Below, piece after piece: positions 11,605 to 22,878 of a stretch of DNA of 32,654 nucleotides. The stretch is from Ascoidea asiatica JCM 7603. Its lineage: Eukaryota; Fungi; Ascomycota. Positions within the stretch are counted from its first letter, which is position 1, and every line of letters starts with the position of its first letter. The DNA is taken from NCBI GenBank assembly GCA_001600695.1, contig BCKQ01000018.1, positions 1,544-34,197 of the forward strand, written 5' to 3'. Below the pieces are notes generated by a model. The model searched no databases. It was not told the DNA's origin and worked only from the letters and a program-made list of their open reading frames with translations. Position numbers and translations under genes: made by a program.

Positions 11605-13034
11605 ATTAAAATGAACTCAATTTTGAAAAAAATCTATTATAGTTATTATATTATTATCTATTATTCAATCTTTTTTTTTCTTTTTCTTTTTTCTTTATAT
11701 TTCTTTTTTTCTTTTTGTTTATCATTTCTTATTTGTAATATATAAATAAATATATTATATTTTCAATTTTTTAAACTTTTTTACAACCACTTTGTCAAGC
11801 TATTTTTGTTTAAAGCTCTAAAGTACCTTCCACTTTTTATTACTAAATACAATATTGTTTTTTAAAATCTCTACAAAAATAATACATTTTACATTTTCGA
11901 AATCTTACTTTTTTTGAGTCGATGAATTGTCTTAAGAAAAGTTGGAAATAATTTAACGTAAACTATAATAACAATGAAGATAGTGTTTATTACGAATAAT
12001 TCAAATGAAATTTGGCAGCTTTCTCTAGATAATTTAGATTCTGAAAAGTCAAATAATAAATATGAATTTGAAATAAACTTTTAATATCAGATTTTATAGT
12101 ATACTCATAATTAGATATTATTGATTGAATTACTGCATTTGATTATGAAATCGATGTTAACAAAAAAGGCCAAGAATATTGGCATTACTTTAATAGCATT
12201 ATTGATATTGGAATACTTCTACCCAACTCAAAGAATTGAGATAATGAAGTTATAATCAATGATGAAATAGATAATACTCTTCTGGGTTCAAATTTTTAAA
12301 ATACAAGTTTATGCTATAAAGTTTTTGAAAATCAAATTTGAAAAAATTCAACCCAAGAAGGAAAAGACAAGGGTGTTTAGATTCGTAATGCCCTTTATAA
12401 TCAGTTTCTTCACCAGTATCTTTAATACATGATTGGAATATTTTATTATTGCTAATTTTTCTTTATCTTCTTTATCCCTTCAATTTTTTCACTATCAATT
12501 CCTTCTTTTTTTTTATTTCATCCTATTTTTTATTTCAAGAATTGAGCAATAACTTTATCTTCAACTTGCTTTTTTTTCATTAATTCTGCTTCTTCAGCTT
12601 CTTTATTCCAATGATTTATTAACCAAATCACAAATAAATAAAATCATAGTTGTTTTTGAATTATAATTTGAATAATTTAGTAATTAAAACTGATTTATAA
12701 CCTCTCTAATATAAAAGTACCCTGTATATGGTCTCTTCGTACAGTATCCATTTAACTGGTCTCTATTTTTTTACCCTGATATGACAACGGGACAAAGAAT
12801 CCTGGACACTCTCAAAACCCAAATACTCTCTACATTATCCTCTCAGAAATGTCACCTCAGCCATTTTTGACTCACCTTGGTGATTTCTTATCAAAAACCA
12901 CTTGAGATTTAATTTAGATAAATAATTGAATAATAAAATAACTAGAATTTTTAATATTTTATTTAATTACAACTTTCAACTACAATTTTAATAGTCAATT
13001 TCAATCTCACATACTTATCTTTCTATTATTCGAA

Positions 13035-14087
13035 ATGACTTCTTCAGATATTAATTCTAATTTTTTAGAAAATCCAGTGGTTCTTATGTATCCACCATTA
13101 ATTGAAGCATTTTCAGAATATGAAAATCTTGAAAAAAATTATAATACAAATGTTTTATATCTTCAAGAACATGCTAAAACTAGAGAAGAGTTAAAAAATT
13201 ATTTAAAAAAATTAAATGATGAGAATATTAAAATTGATATAATTGCAACAACTGGTTCAATATCTCATAATTATGGAAAATTAGATAAAGAAATTATTGA
13301 TTTATTACCAAATTCTATTAAACTTATTTGTCATAATGGTGCAGGTTATGATCCAATTGATGTTAATTATTTAACAGAAAAAAAGATTCCATTAACAAAC
13401 GTTGTTAATATTAATGATGCTTCAACTGCAGATACAAATTTATTTTTAATTCTAGCAACTATGAGAAATTTTTTTAATGGTAATAAATCAATTAAATCAA
13501 AAAATTTTAGAGATGATGTTAAAATTGGTAATAATCCAAAGGGTAAAGTAATTGGAATTTTAGGTATGGGTGGAATTGGTAAAGAAGTTCATAAAAGAAT
13601 TAAACCTTTAGGTTTTAAAAAAGTTATTTATTATAGAAGAAATAAATTACCAAAAGAAGAAGAAGATGGTGCAGAATATGTTAATCTTGATCAATTATTA
13701 TCTGAAAGTGATGTAATTTCAATTAATATGCCATTAAATAATTCAACATATCATTTCTTAGATGAGAATGAATTTTCAAAAATGAAAGATGATGTAATTA
13801 TTGTTAATACTGCAAGAGGTGCAATTCTTAATGAAAATACTTTAATTAAATATATAAAAAATGGTAAAGTCAAAAGTTATGGATCTGATGTTTGGGAAAA
13901 TGAACCAAAGAATATTAATTATGATTTAATAAATTTAGATAATGTTGTTTCAATTCCTCATATGGGTACTATGGCTCATGAAGTTATTTTTGATTATGAA
14001 GCATTTCAAGTTAAAAATATTATTCATTATATTAAATATGGTAAAGTACTTACACCAGTTCCAGAACATAAACATTGGTTTAAATAA
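13035..14087 (+). CDS. D-isomer-specific 2-hydroxyacid dehydrogenase, glyoxylate/hydroxypyruvate reductase (Gor1-like)
   Basis: HNGAGYD, Rossmann GILGMGGIG, catalytic Arg (NTARG), Glu (DVWENEP) and His (PHMGT). YYRR instead of an acidic residue after the second strand suggests NADP(H) tolerance. Confidence 0.9.
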   Translation: MTSSDINSNFLENPVVLMYPPLIEAFSEYENLEKNYNTNVLYLQEHAKTREELKNYLKKLNDENIKIDIIATTGSISHNYGKLDKEIIDLLPNSIKLICHNGAGYDPIDVNYLTEKKIPLTNVVNINDASTADTNLFLILATMRNFFNGNKSIKSKNFRDDVKIGNNPKGKVIGILGMGGIGKEVHKRIKPLGFKKVIYYRRNKLPKEEEDGAEYVNLDQLLSESDVISINMPLNNSTYHFLDENEFSKMKDDVIIVNTARGAILNENTLIKYIKNGKVKSYGSDVWENEPKNINYDLINLDNVVSIPHMGTMAHEVIFDYEAFQVKNIIHYIKYGKVLTPVPEHKHWFK

Positions 14088-14771
14088 TTTAAACATTTAC
14101 AAATTATAGTTAATTATAGACAATAGAAAGTGATACAGTTAATATATATATATAATATAGTTATAGAGAAATAGAATAGTTATTTGAAACTGAAAAGAAG
14201 AAAGAAAAAAAATTGAAGAAAAAAAAGTCAAAAATCACGTAGAATATAATGAATGAATTATATTAAAAAATATATTAACAGTTTCTTTAAAAGAAATCAA
14301 AGTTTAAAAAATATAGACAATAAAAAAAACGTCACTCATGAAAACTGAACCAATTCTTATTGGGAATTCAAATAAAAACCACTCTTGATCATAAAAGTTT
14401 GGAGGCAAAAAAAAAAAAAAAAGACCATTTAAAAGAATACAAAAAAGTTAGAAAAAAAGAAAAAAAAAAGAAAAAAAAATGAAAAGTTTAAAAAATACAA
14501 GAAAAAAAGAAATTGTTTAAAAAAATATTATTTGAAACTTTGGATAAAAGAATAAATAAAAATGAAAAAATATCACAACTCGAGAAGAAAAGAAAAAATA
14601 ATGAATGAATATAAAAGTTTTCTTTTTTTCAAGAAAGTTAAAATTTCTCAAAAAAAAGGAAAAACTTTTATATTTATAATCTAAAAAAAAAATAGAGTAA
14701 ATAAAACATAAAAATATAGAAATAAAGAAAATTTTGAATTGAAGTAAAGTTATTTTTTTTTAATAAATAAA

Positions 14772-15801
14772 TTAATCAATTGAATGAACATTTTTTGAAT
14801 GACGTTTTAAATTAGCCATTGTACCAAACCATTTTTCACAAGTATCACATTTATAATTTCTTTCTTTTAAATGTACAAGTTTATAATGAACAGATAAATT
14901 ATTTTTATATTTAAAAGCTTTTGAACATTTTGAACATGAAAATGGTCTTTCAGCACCTAAATGTATAAGATTAAAATGTTTTGTTAATTTTTTTTTTGAA
15001 TTAAAAGATAAATCACATTTTGGACATTGTTCAAATTCAATTTCAATTGAATTAAATTCATTTATTTCATTAATATTTTCATTTTCAATATTATTTATAG
15101 GTTTAAATTCATTTTTTATTAAAATATTTGAATTTTCTTTTAATTTATTATTATTATTATTATCACTGGTATTAATGTTAGTTGTATTAATATTATTATT
15201 TATATTTTGATTATTATGTTGATTAAATTTAATATTTGAAATAATATTATTAGAATTTGAAATATTTGAATTAAATTTTCGTTTTTTATTATTATTTATT
15301 AAATTATTATTATTATTATTATTATTATTTTTATTTTTATTTTTATTTTTATTGTTATTTGATAAATTTGAAGAATCTGAATCTGAATCTGAATTTGAAT
15401 TTGAATTTGAATTTGAATTTGAATCTGAATCTGAATTTGAATCTGAGTTTGAATTTAAATTTGAATCTGAATCATAATCAAATTTAAATATTTTTTTTTC
15501 TTCGTTATTAGTATTTGAATTTAAATTTAAATTTAAATTTCGAAAATAATTATCATTATCATTTTCATTTTCATTTTCATTTTCATTTTCAATTTCAATT
15601 TCATTATCAATTTCATTATCACTTATAATATTATTAGTTAAAGTATTGACGGTAGAAGTATTTATAGAAGTATTGGCGGTTAAATTAGATAAATTATTAT
15701 TTAATATATGAATTCTTTTATAATGATAAGATAAAGATTGTTTATATTTATAAGATCTTGAACATTTTGGACATTTATATGGAGTTAAAATATCTTGTAA
15801 T

Positions 15802-15864
<63 letters not shown>

Positions 15865-16895
15865 GAAGAAGAAGAATTAGAATTTATTGAATTATCATTT
15901 GAATTATCATTTGAATTTAATGAATTTAATGTATTTTCTGATTCAATATCATTATTATTATCTTTATTGAAATCATTATTATTATCATTATTGATAAGAA
16001 TATTATTGTCAATATGTATATGATTGTCATTGTGATTGTTATTGTGATTGTCGTTGTGAATGTAATTGGTACTATTATTATTATTATTATTAATAATATC
16101 ATTGGATATATTTGAAATAGTTGAATCTGAGATAAAATCATTCATATTATTTATTGAAATTGAAGATATTAAATTTTTAATTTGAAATTCATCAATTAAT
16201 TTATTATTATTATTATTATTATTGTTGTTATTTGATGAGATATTATTATTATTTATATTAAATTTTTTTATTGTAAAAATTTCATTTATTATATTATTAA
16301 TATCATTATTATTATTAGTAATATTTTTTTTTAAATAATTTTTTAAATTTAATTTATATAAATTTGATTGAAATAAAAGATTATTAATAATATTTAAATT
16401 ATTAATTAATTTAAATTCATAAAATAATTTTAAATTTTTAAAATCTTTTTTAAAATTATTTATTTGAAAAATTAAATCATTTATTTTATCATTATTGATA
16501 ATATCTTTATTGGCGTTTATATTTGTATTATTAGTATTATTAGTATTATTAATATTATTAGTATTAGCGCTTAAATTTGGATTAATTTTTTGATTTAATT
16601 TAAGATTATTATTTATATTTTTATTATCATTATTTATATTTTTATTTATATTTATATTTATATTTGGTTTTGAATCTTGATTTGAGATTTGACTTTCATT
16701 AGAAATCTTATTAGATTTTTTAAATTTATTTTGATTTTTATTATTATTATTAGATTTATTAGATTTTGAATTTATTTTAATTTTAATTTTATTATCTTTA
16801 TCATTATCTTTATTGTCTTTGTTGTTATTATTATTATTATTATTTGATTTATTTTTTGGATCTGAATTATTGAAAGTGATATTATTTTTAATCAT
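14772..16895 (-). CDS. Asn-rich C2H2 zinc-finger protein (1 central + 3 C-terminal fingers)
   Basis: CPKC..HYKRIH centrally; CPKC..HFNLIH, CSKC..HYKLVH and CDTC..HSKNVH at the C-terminus, with linkers AERPF and KERNY; KKRK NLS-like motif. Confidence 0.9.
15804..15863 (-). repeat. (AAT)20 coding microsatellite (poly-Asn)
   Basis: Pure ATT run on the + strand inside the zinc-finger ORF. Hexamer repeats encoding SD/SN (~15373-15471) and EN (~15561-15600) lie nearby. Confidence 0.9.
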
Positions 16896-18027
16896 TTTAA
16901 TATGAATTTATTATAATATATTGAAATTAAATTATGATGACTTATTTAAGTCATGATTAGAATCAATTGATTGATCAATTGAATGATTATTGAATGATTA
17001 TAGAATAATTGAGGAATGATTGTGATTGAGGAATGATTGTGATTAATGAATTGATTTAAACTATCAATATTTGAAATGGCGTTTAATTGAATTGAAGGTG
17101 AAAATAATGTTTTTTTGGGTATATTTATATTATATCTATCTATGTCTGTATTTATATCTATATTTATCTATTATTATTACCTTATATTCTATTCGATTGG
17201 TAATAAATTCAGTTGAAGTGAACAGAATCAGGAAAGTTTTGAGAGTATCGAAAGTGTTGAAGAATGATTCATGGTTGATAGTGGTAGAGGTAGTGGTAGT
17301 GGTAGGTAGTGATAGTAGTAGAGATAGTCTGGCAGTGTCCATTGATGGTGTGAGTGAGTAGCATTTGCAGAGCTCTTTCGCGGCCTGAGGGGGATCGTTC
17401 ACTGCTGGCGCTAGTGCTAACACTAGTTCTGGCGCTAGTTCAGTCTAGCGCTGACACTAGTTTACTTTGGCCTGGCCTGTTCTCTCTTTCTTTGTCTTTG
17501 TTCTCGAGTCAGTCGCTGCCTCTGCTCTGCTTCTTGCTTTTCCCACTCGCCGCAGTCCTCTCCATCGCCACCTTCCGCATCTTCTCTATCTTCTCCATCT
17601 TCTCTTCTTGCTCCTGCTGCTCCTGCTTCCTTATCTTCTTCTTCTTTCTTCTTCTTTCTTTTTTTCTTTTCTTTCTTTTATTTCACTGCTGCTTTTGAAT
17701 ATCCTCTTTTTTCATCAGTACCAAAGGCAATTATTCCCTTCTTTACACCTGATTACGTAAAATACGCGTCATTCTCTTTCTTTTTCAATTACTTCATTAA
17801 TTTATTATTTACTTTTTTATTAAACCGCCAAATCTTAACCATATAATCTAGAAAAATAGTTTTAGAGAGAGATAGATAATATGAGAAGATAAATTGAAAA
17901 AAAGATCTTAAGGACACACTATTATTATATTTATCAATAATCATTAATCATTAATCATTAATCATTAATCATTAATCAATAATCAATAATCAATAATCAA
18001 TAATCAATAGTCAACAGTCAATAGTTA
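16896..18027. promoter_or_regulatory. Divergent promoter between the zinc-finger gene and the 404-aa ORF, with GC-rich pyrimidine-skewed core
   Basis: Head-to-head ATGs at 16895 (-) and 18028 (+); GC-rich 17330-17630; ACGCGT at 17764-17769. Confidence 0.65.
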
Positions 18028-18028
18028 A
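17938..18028 (+). repeat. Heptamer tandem array: TAATCAT x5, TAATCAA x5, then 3 degenerate units
   Basis: Counted directly; the last unit overlaps the A of the 18028 ATG. Confidence 0.9.
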
Positions 18029-19242
18029 TGAATAAAATGAATCTGGAAAGTTTTTTAGATAATGATATAATCAATTCAAGTAATTCAAATACTTCTTTAA
18101 ATTCAATATTAGATAGAATTTTAAATAATAAATCTCAAAATATTTTAATAAATAAAATTTTATTAAATTCAATTTCAAATTCAAATTCAATTTCAAATTC
18201 AAATTTAAATTTAAATACTAATATTCAAAATTCTAATATTCACAATATTGATAATAATAATAATAATATAAATTTAATTATAATAATTTTTGAAAAATTT
18301 TTATTAAATTTAAATTTAAATTTCAAGAAAAAAAATATTAAACAAATTTTAAAATATGATAATTTAAATTTCAATTTAATTTCTTTAATTAATTCAATTA
18401 ATTTATTATTTGATTCAATTTCAAATCTCAATTTCAATTTCAATAACAATAACCTCAATAACCTCAATAACCTCAATAACCCCAATGATTCAATTGAATT
18501 AATTAAAAATTTAATAAATGAATCAATTGAAAAATTAATTAAAAAATTTAATAATTTTAATTTAAAATTTATTAATATTTTAAAATTTAATAAAATAAAT
18601 TTATTTAAATTTATAAATTTTTTAAATAGTTTAAAAATTACATTTAATAATTTATTTAATAATAATAATCTTTTTAATAATAATAATAATAAATTAAATA
18701 AAGAAAATTTAAAATTAAATGAAATATTAAATTTATTAAATGAAAAAAAATTTTCTTTAAATGATTTATCTAAAATTATTGATAATATTAAAAATATTAA
18801 AAATAATGAAAATAATGAAAATAATTTAAATATTATTCAAATTAGTGATGAAGATGTAAGTATATACTCTAATAATAAATCAAATAATAATTCAAATAAT
18901 AAATCAAATAATAAATCAAATAAAATAAGAAAATTAAATAAATTAAATGAAGTAGAAAATTTAAATAAAAATTTAAATTTTTTAAAAAAAAAAAAATATT
19001 CAGATATTTTAACTTTATTTAATAATCAAAATTTATTTCAATTTAATATTAAAGATAAAGATTTTCAAGATTCAAATAATAAAATTAATAATGAATTCAT
19101 TCAAGAAAATAATTTAAAAGATAATAAAGATAAAATATATAATTTTGAATATGATTTCAATAATCCAATCTCAAATCAATATCAATATCAAGAACAGAAT
19201 AAAGATCAAGATCAATTTTCATATTCTTCAAATTATTATTAA
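18028..19242 (+). CDS. Asn/Leu/Ile/Lys-rich hypothetical protein, probably helical or coiled-coil
   Basis: 404 open codons in DNA so AT-rich that stop codons would otherwise be frequent; codon usage like neighbouring genes; no recognised domain. Confidence 0.7.
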   Translation: MNKMNLESFLDNDIINSSNSNTSLNSILDRILNNKSQNILINKILLNSISNSNSISNSNLNLNTNIQNSNIHNIDNNNNNINLIIIIFEKFLLNLNLNFKKKNIKQILKYDNLNFNLISLINSINLLFDSISNLNFNFNNNNLNNLNNLNNPNDSIELIKNLINESIEKLIKKFNNFNLKFINILKFNKINLFKFINFLNSLKITFNNLFNNNNLFNNNNNKLNKENLKLNEILNLLNEKKFSLNDLSKIIDNIKNIKNNENNENNLNIIQISDEDVSIYSNNKSNNNSNNKSNNKSNKIRKLNKLNEVENLNKNLNFLKKKKYSDILTLFNNQNLFQFNIKDKDFQDSNNKINNEFIQENNLKDNKDKIYNFEYDFNNPISNQYQYQEQNKDQDQFSYSSNYY

Positions 19243-19433
19243 CTTTTGAGTTTGTTCATTTATTTATTATGTTATTTTTATATTCCCTGATTTGGATCAT
19301 TCCGGTGTATGTCATGTGAGATTATTATTTTGTGCTCGCAGATCCGGGCTGATGACGTTGTTTGGTGTTGGCAGTGCAGGAGTGTACATTAACTTTAGAA
19401 CTGTTTCTTATTAATACTGCTTTTTAAAGGGGT

Positions 19434-19441
19434 TCACGTGA
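19434..19441. promoter_or_regulatory. E-box TCACGTGA (Cbf1/Tye7-type bHLH site) in the YPK1 promoter
   Basis: Exact palindrome ~440 bp upstream of the ATG in a GC-rich patch; GTCATGTGA at 19311 and TGACGT at ~19353 nearby. Confidence 0.4.
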
Positions 19442-19877
19442 TCACTCTACAGTTTTGTGTTTTAACTGCTTTTTTTTAATAAATTTTTCCTTTAACATTT
19501 GCCATTCGTCTACTGTTCGCTGGCTGTGGCGTTTAGTTTCCAATGTTTTTTTTTCACTTTCCGTTGGCTCCGTCCACCCCTTTTTAATCTCCCGTTTTCG
19601 CTGGTTCTTCCCGTGCGTGCTCCAATTTCAACATTTCATCTTGTTTAAAAACGAAATGAATAACTCACTCGCTATTTCTCTCTTTAAACTCACTCTTTGA
19701 GGCTGTATGCCACTTCATTATTAAACAATACACAACAATAAATAATAATTTATACTCCATATTCTTTATATCATTTTATATCTATTATATTATATCTATT
19801 ATATTATATTATTAAATAAATCATTTAATTGATCATTTGATTAATTATTCAATTGATTATTTATTAAATATATTAAA

Positions 19878-20177
19878 ATGCCATCAAATTCAAATCATCA
19901 TATTTCAGGTTTAACTGTTAAAGTTTATAATGGTAGAAATTTTAAATTTCCATTTAATTTAATTTCAAATGAATTTATTTTAAATAAAATTGCAAATTGT
20001 TCTTATAATTGTGATTCAAATTTATTATTATCAAATATTAAAAAAATTACAACTTTAAATGATCAAAAAAATATAACTTATTTAGATAAAGAAATTTCTG
20101 GTTCTTGTTTACCTGCTTTAATTGCTGTACCAAATACTTCTTCCTCAAATAATAATAATAATAAGAATAACAATAAC

Positions 20178-20208
<31 letters not shown>

Positions 20209-20369
20209 GTACGGATAATAATAATAATAATAATAGTAATAGTACGAATAGTAATACAAACAATAACAATAATAATAATACAAAATCTTCAAATCAGAAT
20301 CCTAATGATAATTCAAGTGTGAGTCAAAATTCAAATAATAATAATAATAATGATAAAAATTTGAATGAA

Positions 20370-20441
<72 letters not shown>

Positions 20442-21836
20442 CAACAACCAGATTTAATAAAAAATCCATTAATTTATATGACTATAGAATATGATAAAAC
20501 TGTATCTTTAGTTGAACCTTCTTCAGGTTTAATTAAAAATCCAATATTTAATAATGTTTCAACTTTTGATGTTTCAAGAAATGGTTTATTAACAATTCAA
20601 TTATTTGTTAAAATTCCAAATATTTTAATACCAAAAGATTCAACAAATTCAAAATTATTTAATTTAAAATCTCCTTCTCAACAAATTTTAATTGGTACTT
20701 CAAGAATTCCATTAAATTTAATTAATAATTATAATTCAAAAACAAGATTATTAAATCATGAATGGTTAAAATTAATGAATGATAATATCATCAATGGTTA
20801 TATCTCAATTACTGTTGAATATAAACCTCAATTAAATTCAAATCATTTATCAATGGATCAATTTGAATTATTAAAAGTTATTGGTAAAGGTTCTTTTGGT
20901 AAAGTTATGCAAGTTAAAAAAAAAGATAATCAAAGAGTTTATGCTTTAAAATCAATAAGAAAAGCTCATATAGTCTCAAGAATGGAAGTTACTCATACTT
21001 TAGCTGAAAGAACTGTATTAGCAAGAGTTGATAATCCATTTATTGTACCATTAAAATTTTCTTTTCAATCTCCTGAAAAATTATATTTTGTTTTAGATTT
21101 TATAAATGGTGGTGAATTATTTTATCATTTACAAAAAGAAGGTAAATTTTCTTTAAATAGATCAAGATTTTATACTGCTGAATTATTAAGTGCTTTAGAT
21201 TGTTTACATAATTTAGATGTAATTTATAGAGATTTAAAACCAGAAAATATTTTATTAGATTATCAAGGTCATATTGCTCTTTGTGATTTTGGTTTATGTA
21301 AATTAAATATGAAAAAATCAGAAAAAACAAACACATTTTGTGGTACTCCAGAATATTTAGCTCCTGAATTATTATTAAATAAAGGTTATACAAGATCTGT
21401 TGATTGGTGGACTCTTGGTGTTTTATTATATGAAATGTTAACAGGTTTACCTCCATTTTATGATGAAGATATACCAAAAATGTATAAAAAAATTTTATAT
21501 AATCCTTTAACATTTCCATCAAATTTTGATTTAAAAGCAAAAGATTTAATTACAAGATTATTAAATAGAGATCCTGATAAAAGATTAGGTAATAATGGTG
21601 CTGATGAAATTAAAAATCATCCATTTTTTGAAAGTATTGATTGGATAAAATTAGTTGAAAAAAAATACACTCCACCTTTTAAACCTCCTGTAAATGATGC
21701 TTTTGATACAAGTAATTTTGATGCAGAATTTACAAATGAAAGACCTGCTGATAGTGTTGTTGATGATTATTTAAGTGGTAGTGTTCAAAAACAATTTGAA
21801 GGTTGGACTTATGTTGGTGAAAGTAGATTAGCATAA
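19878..21836 (+). CDS. YPK1: AGC Ser/Thr kinase Ypk1/Ypk2 (SGK orthologue, TORC2 effector)
   Basis: GKGSFGKV, YALKSIRKAHIVSRMEVTHTLAERTVL, YRDLKPEN, DFG, activation loop TFCGTPEY, turn motif DSVVD, hydrophobic motif FEGWTY; N-terminal C2-like region (LTVKVYNG, STFDVSR). Confidence 0.95.
20370..20441 (+). repeat. (AAT)24 coding microsatellite in YPK1
   Basis: Pure AAT run of 72 nt, in frame as poly-Asn. Confidence 0.9.
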
Positions 21837-22662
21837 TGGAATTAAAAAAAATAAATTATAAAAAAAATTTTTGACTATATAAACTTATTTTTTTCCTCCT
21901 CTTGTTATTTCTCTTTTTTTCAATCATCTTCAATATTTACCTGATTTTTCTTTTCTGTTTTTAAATTTCTTCATCAATAATAGTTTCAATAGATGTTTCT
22001 CTCAATAATTCCAAAATTACAAACTTATCAATATTACTCAGATTGTAATTAAACTAATATAACCTTGTGTTTACTTTCACATACCGAATTTGAGACCAGT
22101 TTCATGGAGGTATTTTTTTTATATATATTTCCGTGTCTGGATTAAGCCCGGATATCGAAATAACTTTTCGGAATATGAAAAAAATAAAACGGAAATTTCA
22201 AAACGGAGTTTGAAATTCTCAATTTGTGTAAATTGTGGAAATTGATTGAAATTTTATATTTTTTCACTTTCTTTATTTTTATTCAAAAACTGATCTTTTC
22301 GAAGTCCTGATTTATGAAATTTTATAAAATGGACTTTGGGAATTAGTAACAATAGATTTTTGAAAGGCCTAATTACTATGAAGCTTTCAATTACAAGTAA
22401 TAAATGGATTCTTATCAGTTTTATCCCCCTCTAAGTAAATAGCTTCAATAAGTAATGGGCTTTCCCCAATGTATTCACCCGTTAGGCTATATAAGGGTTC
22501 TAAAAATACCATTAAAAATAACTGAATAAATTGAATAATTATCAGATCATTTTAATAACATAACCATATTACTATTACAAAAAAAAAATAATAACTTGGA
22601 TTTGTCATTTAATAGTTTGACGATCAAATTACTTTACAAAAGAATTTAAAAAAAATTTAAAG

Positions 22663-22878
22663 ATGTTTACTAAAAAAGTTTTAAGAAAACTTCCAAATCA
22701 ATCAATTAGAAATTATTCAAAATCCCAAAAAAAAATCGGACCTTCTTTTTTTATAACTGATTTTAGAAGAAATGTATCTAATTTGAGAGGGTGGACACTT
22801 GTTACTGGACTTGTTTTATTTTGGCCATGGGTTCCATATAAGCTTTCCACTATTTTTTATAAATCTAATCAATATTAA
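22663..22878 (+). CDS. COX26: Cox26-like mitochondrial microprotein, copy 1
   Basis: Presequence-like basic N-terminus (SIRNYS). KIGPSFFITDFRR...W...WP aligns with my recollection of S. cerevisiae Cox26 (RIGESWVITEGRR...W...WP). One TM helix; A-rich ATG context. Confidence 0.7.
   Translation: MFTKKVLRKLPNQSIRNYSKSQKKIGPSFFITDFRRNVSNLRGWTLVTGLVLFWPWVPYKLSTIFYKSNQY

Noticed and set aside
3370-12874. TGACTCA Gcn4/AP-1 sites at 3370, 4923 and 12868
   Set aside because: A few copies in 32 kb is about what chance would give; they are not clustered.
17071-17760. Four ~95-114 aa ORFs in the divergent promoter
   Set aside because: Non-ATG starts and low-complexity CT-rich or GTA-repeat sequence; the - strand purine-rich frames are broken by stops.
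19434-19560. TCACGTG as a point-centromere CDEI
   Set aside because: No >90% AT CDEII followed by a convincing CDEIII; promoter context fits better.
19705-19908. Possible YPK1 intron (GTATGC ... TTTCAG)
   Set aside because: No branch point; the upstream frame hits TGA at 19698-19700; the 19878 ATG has good context.
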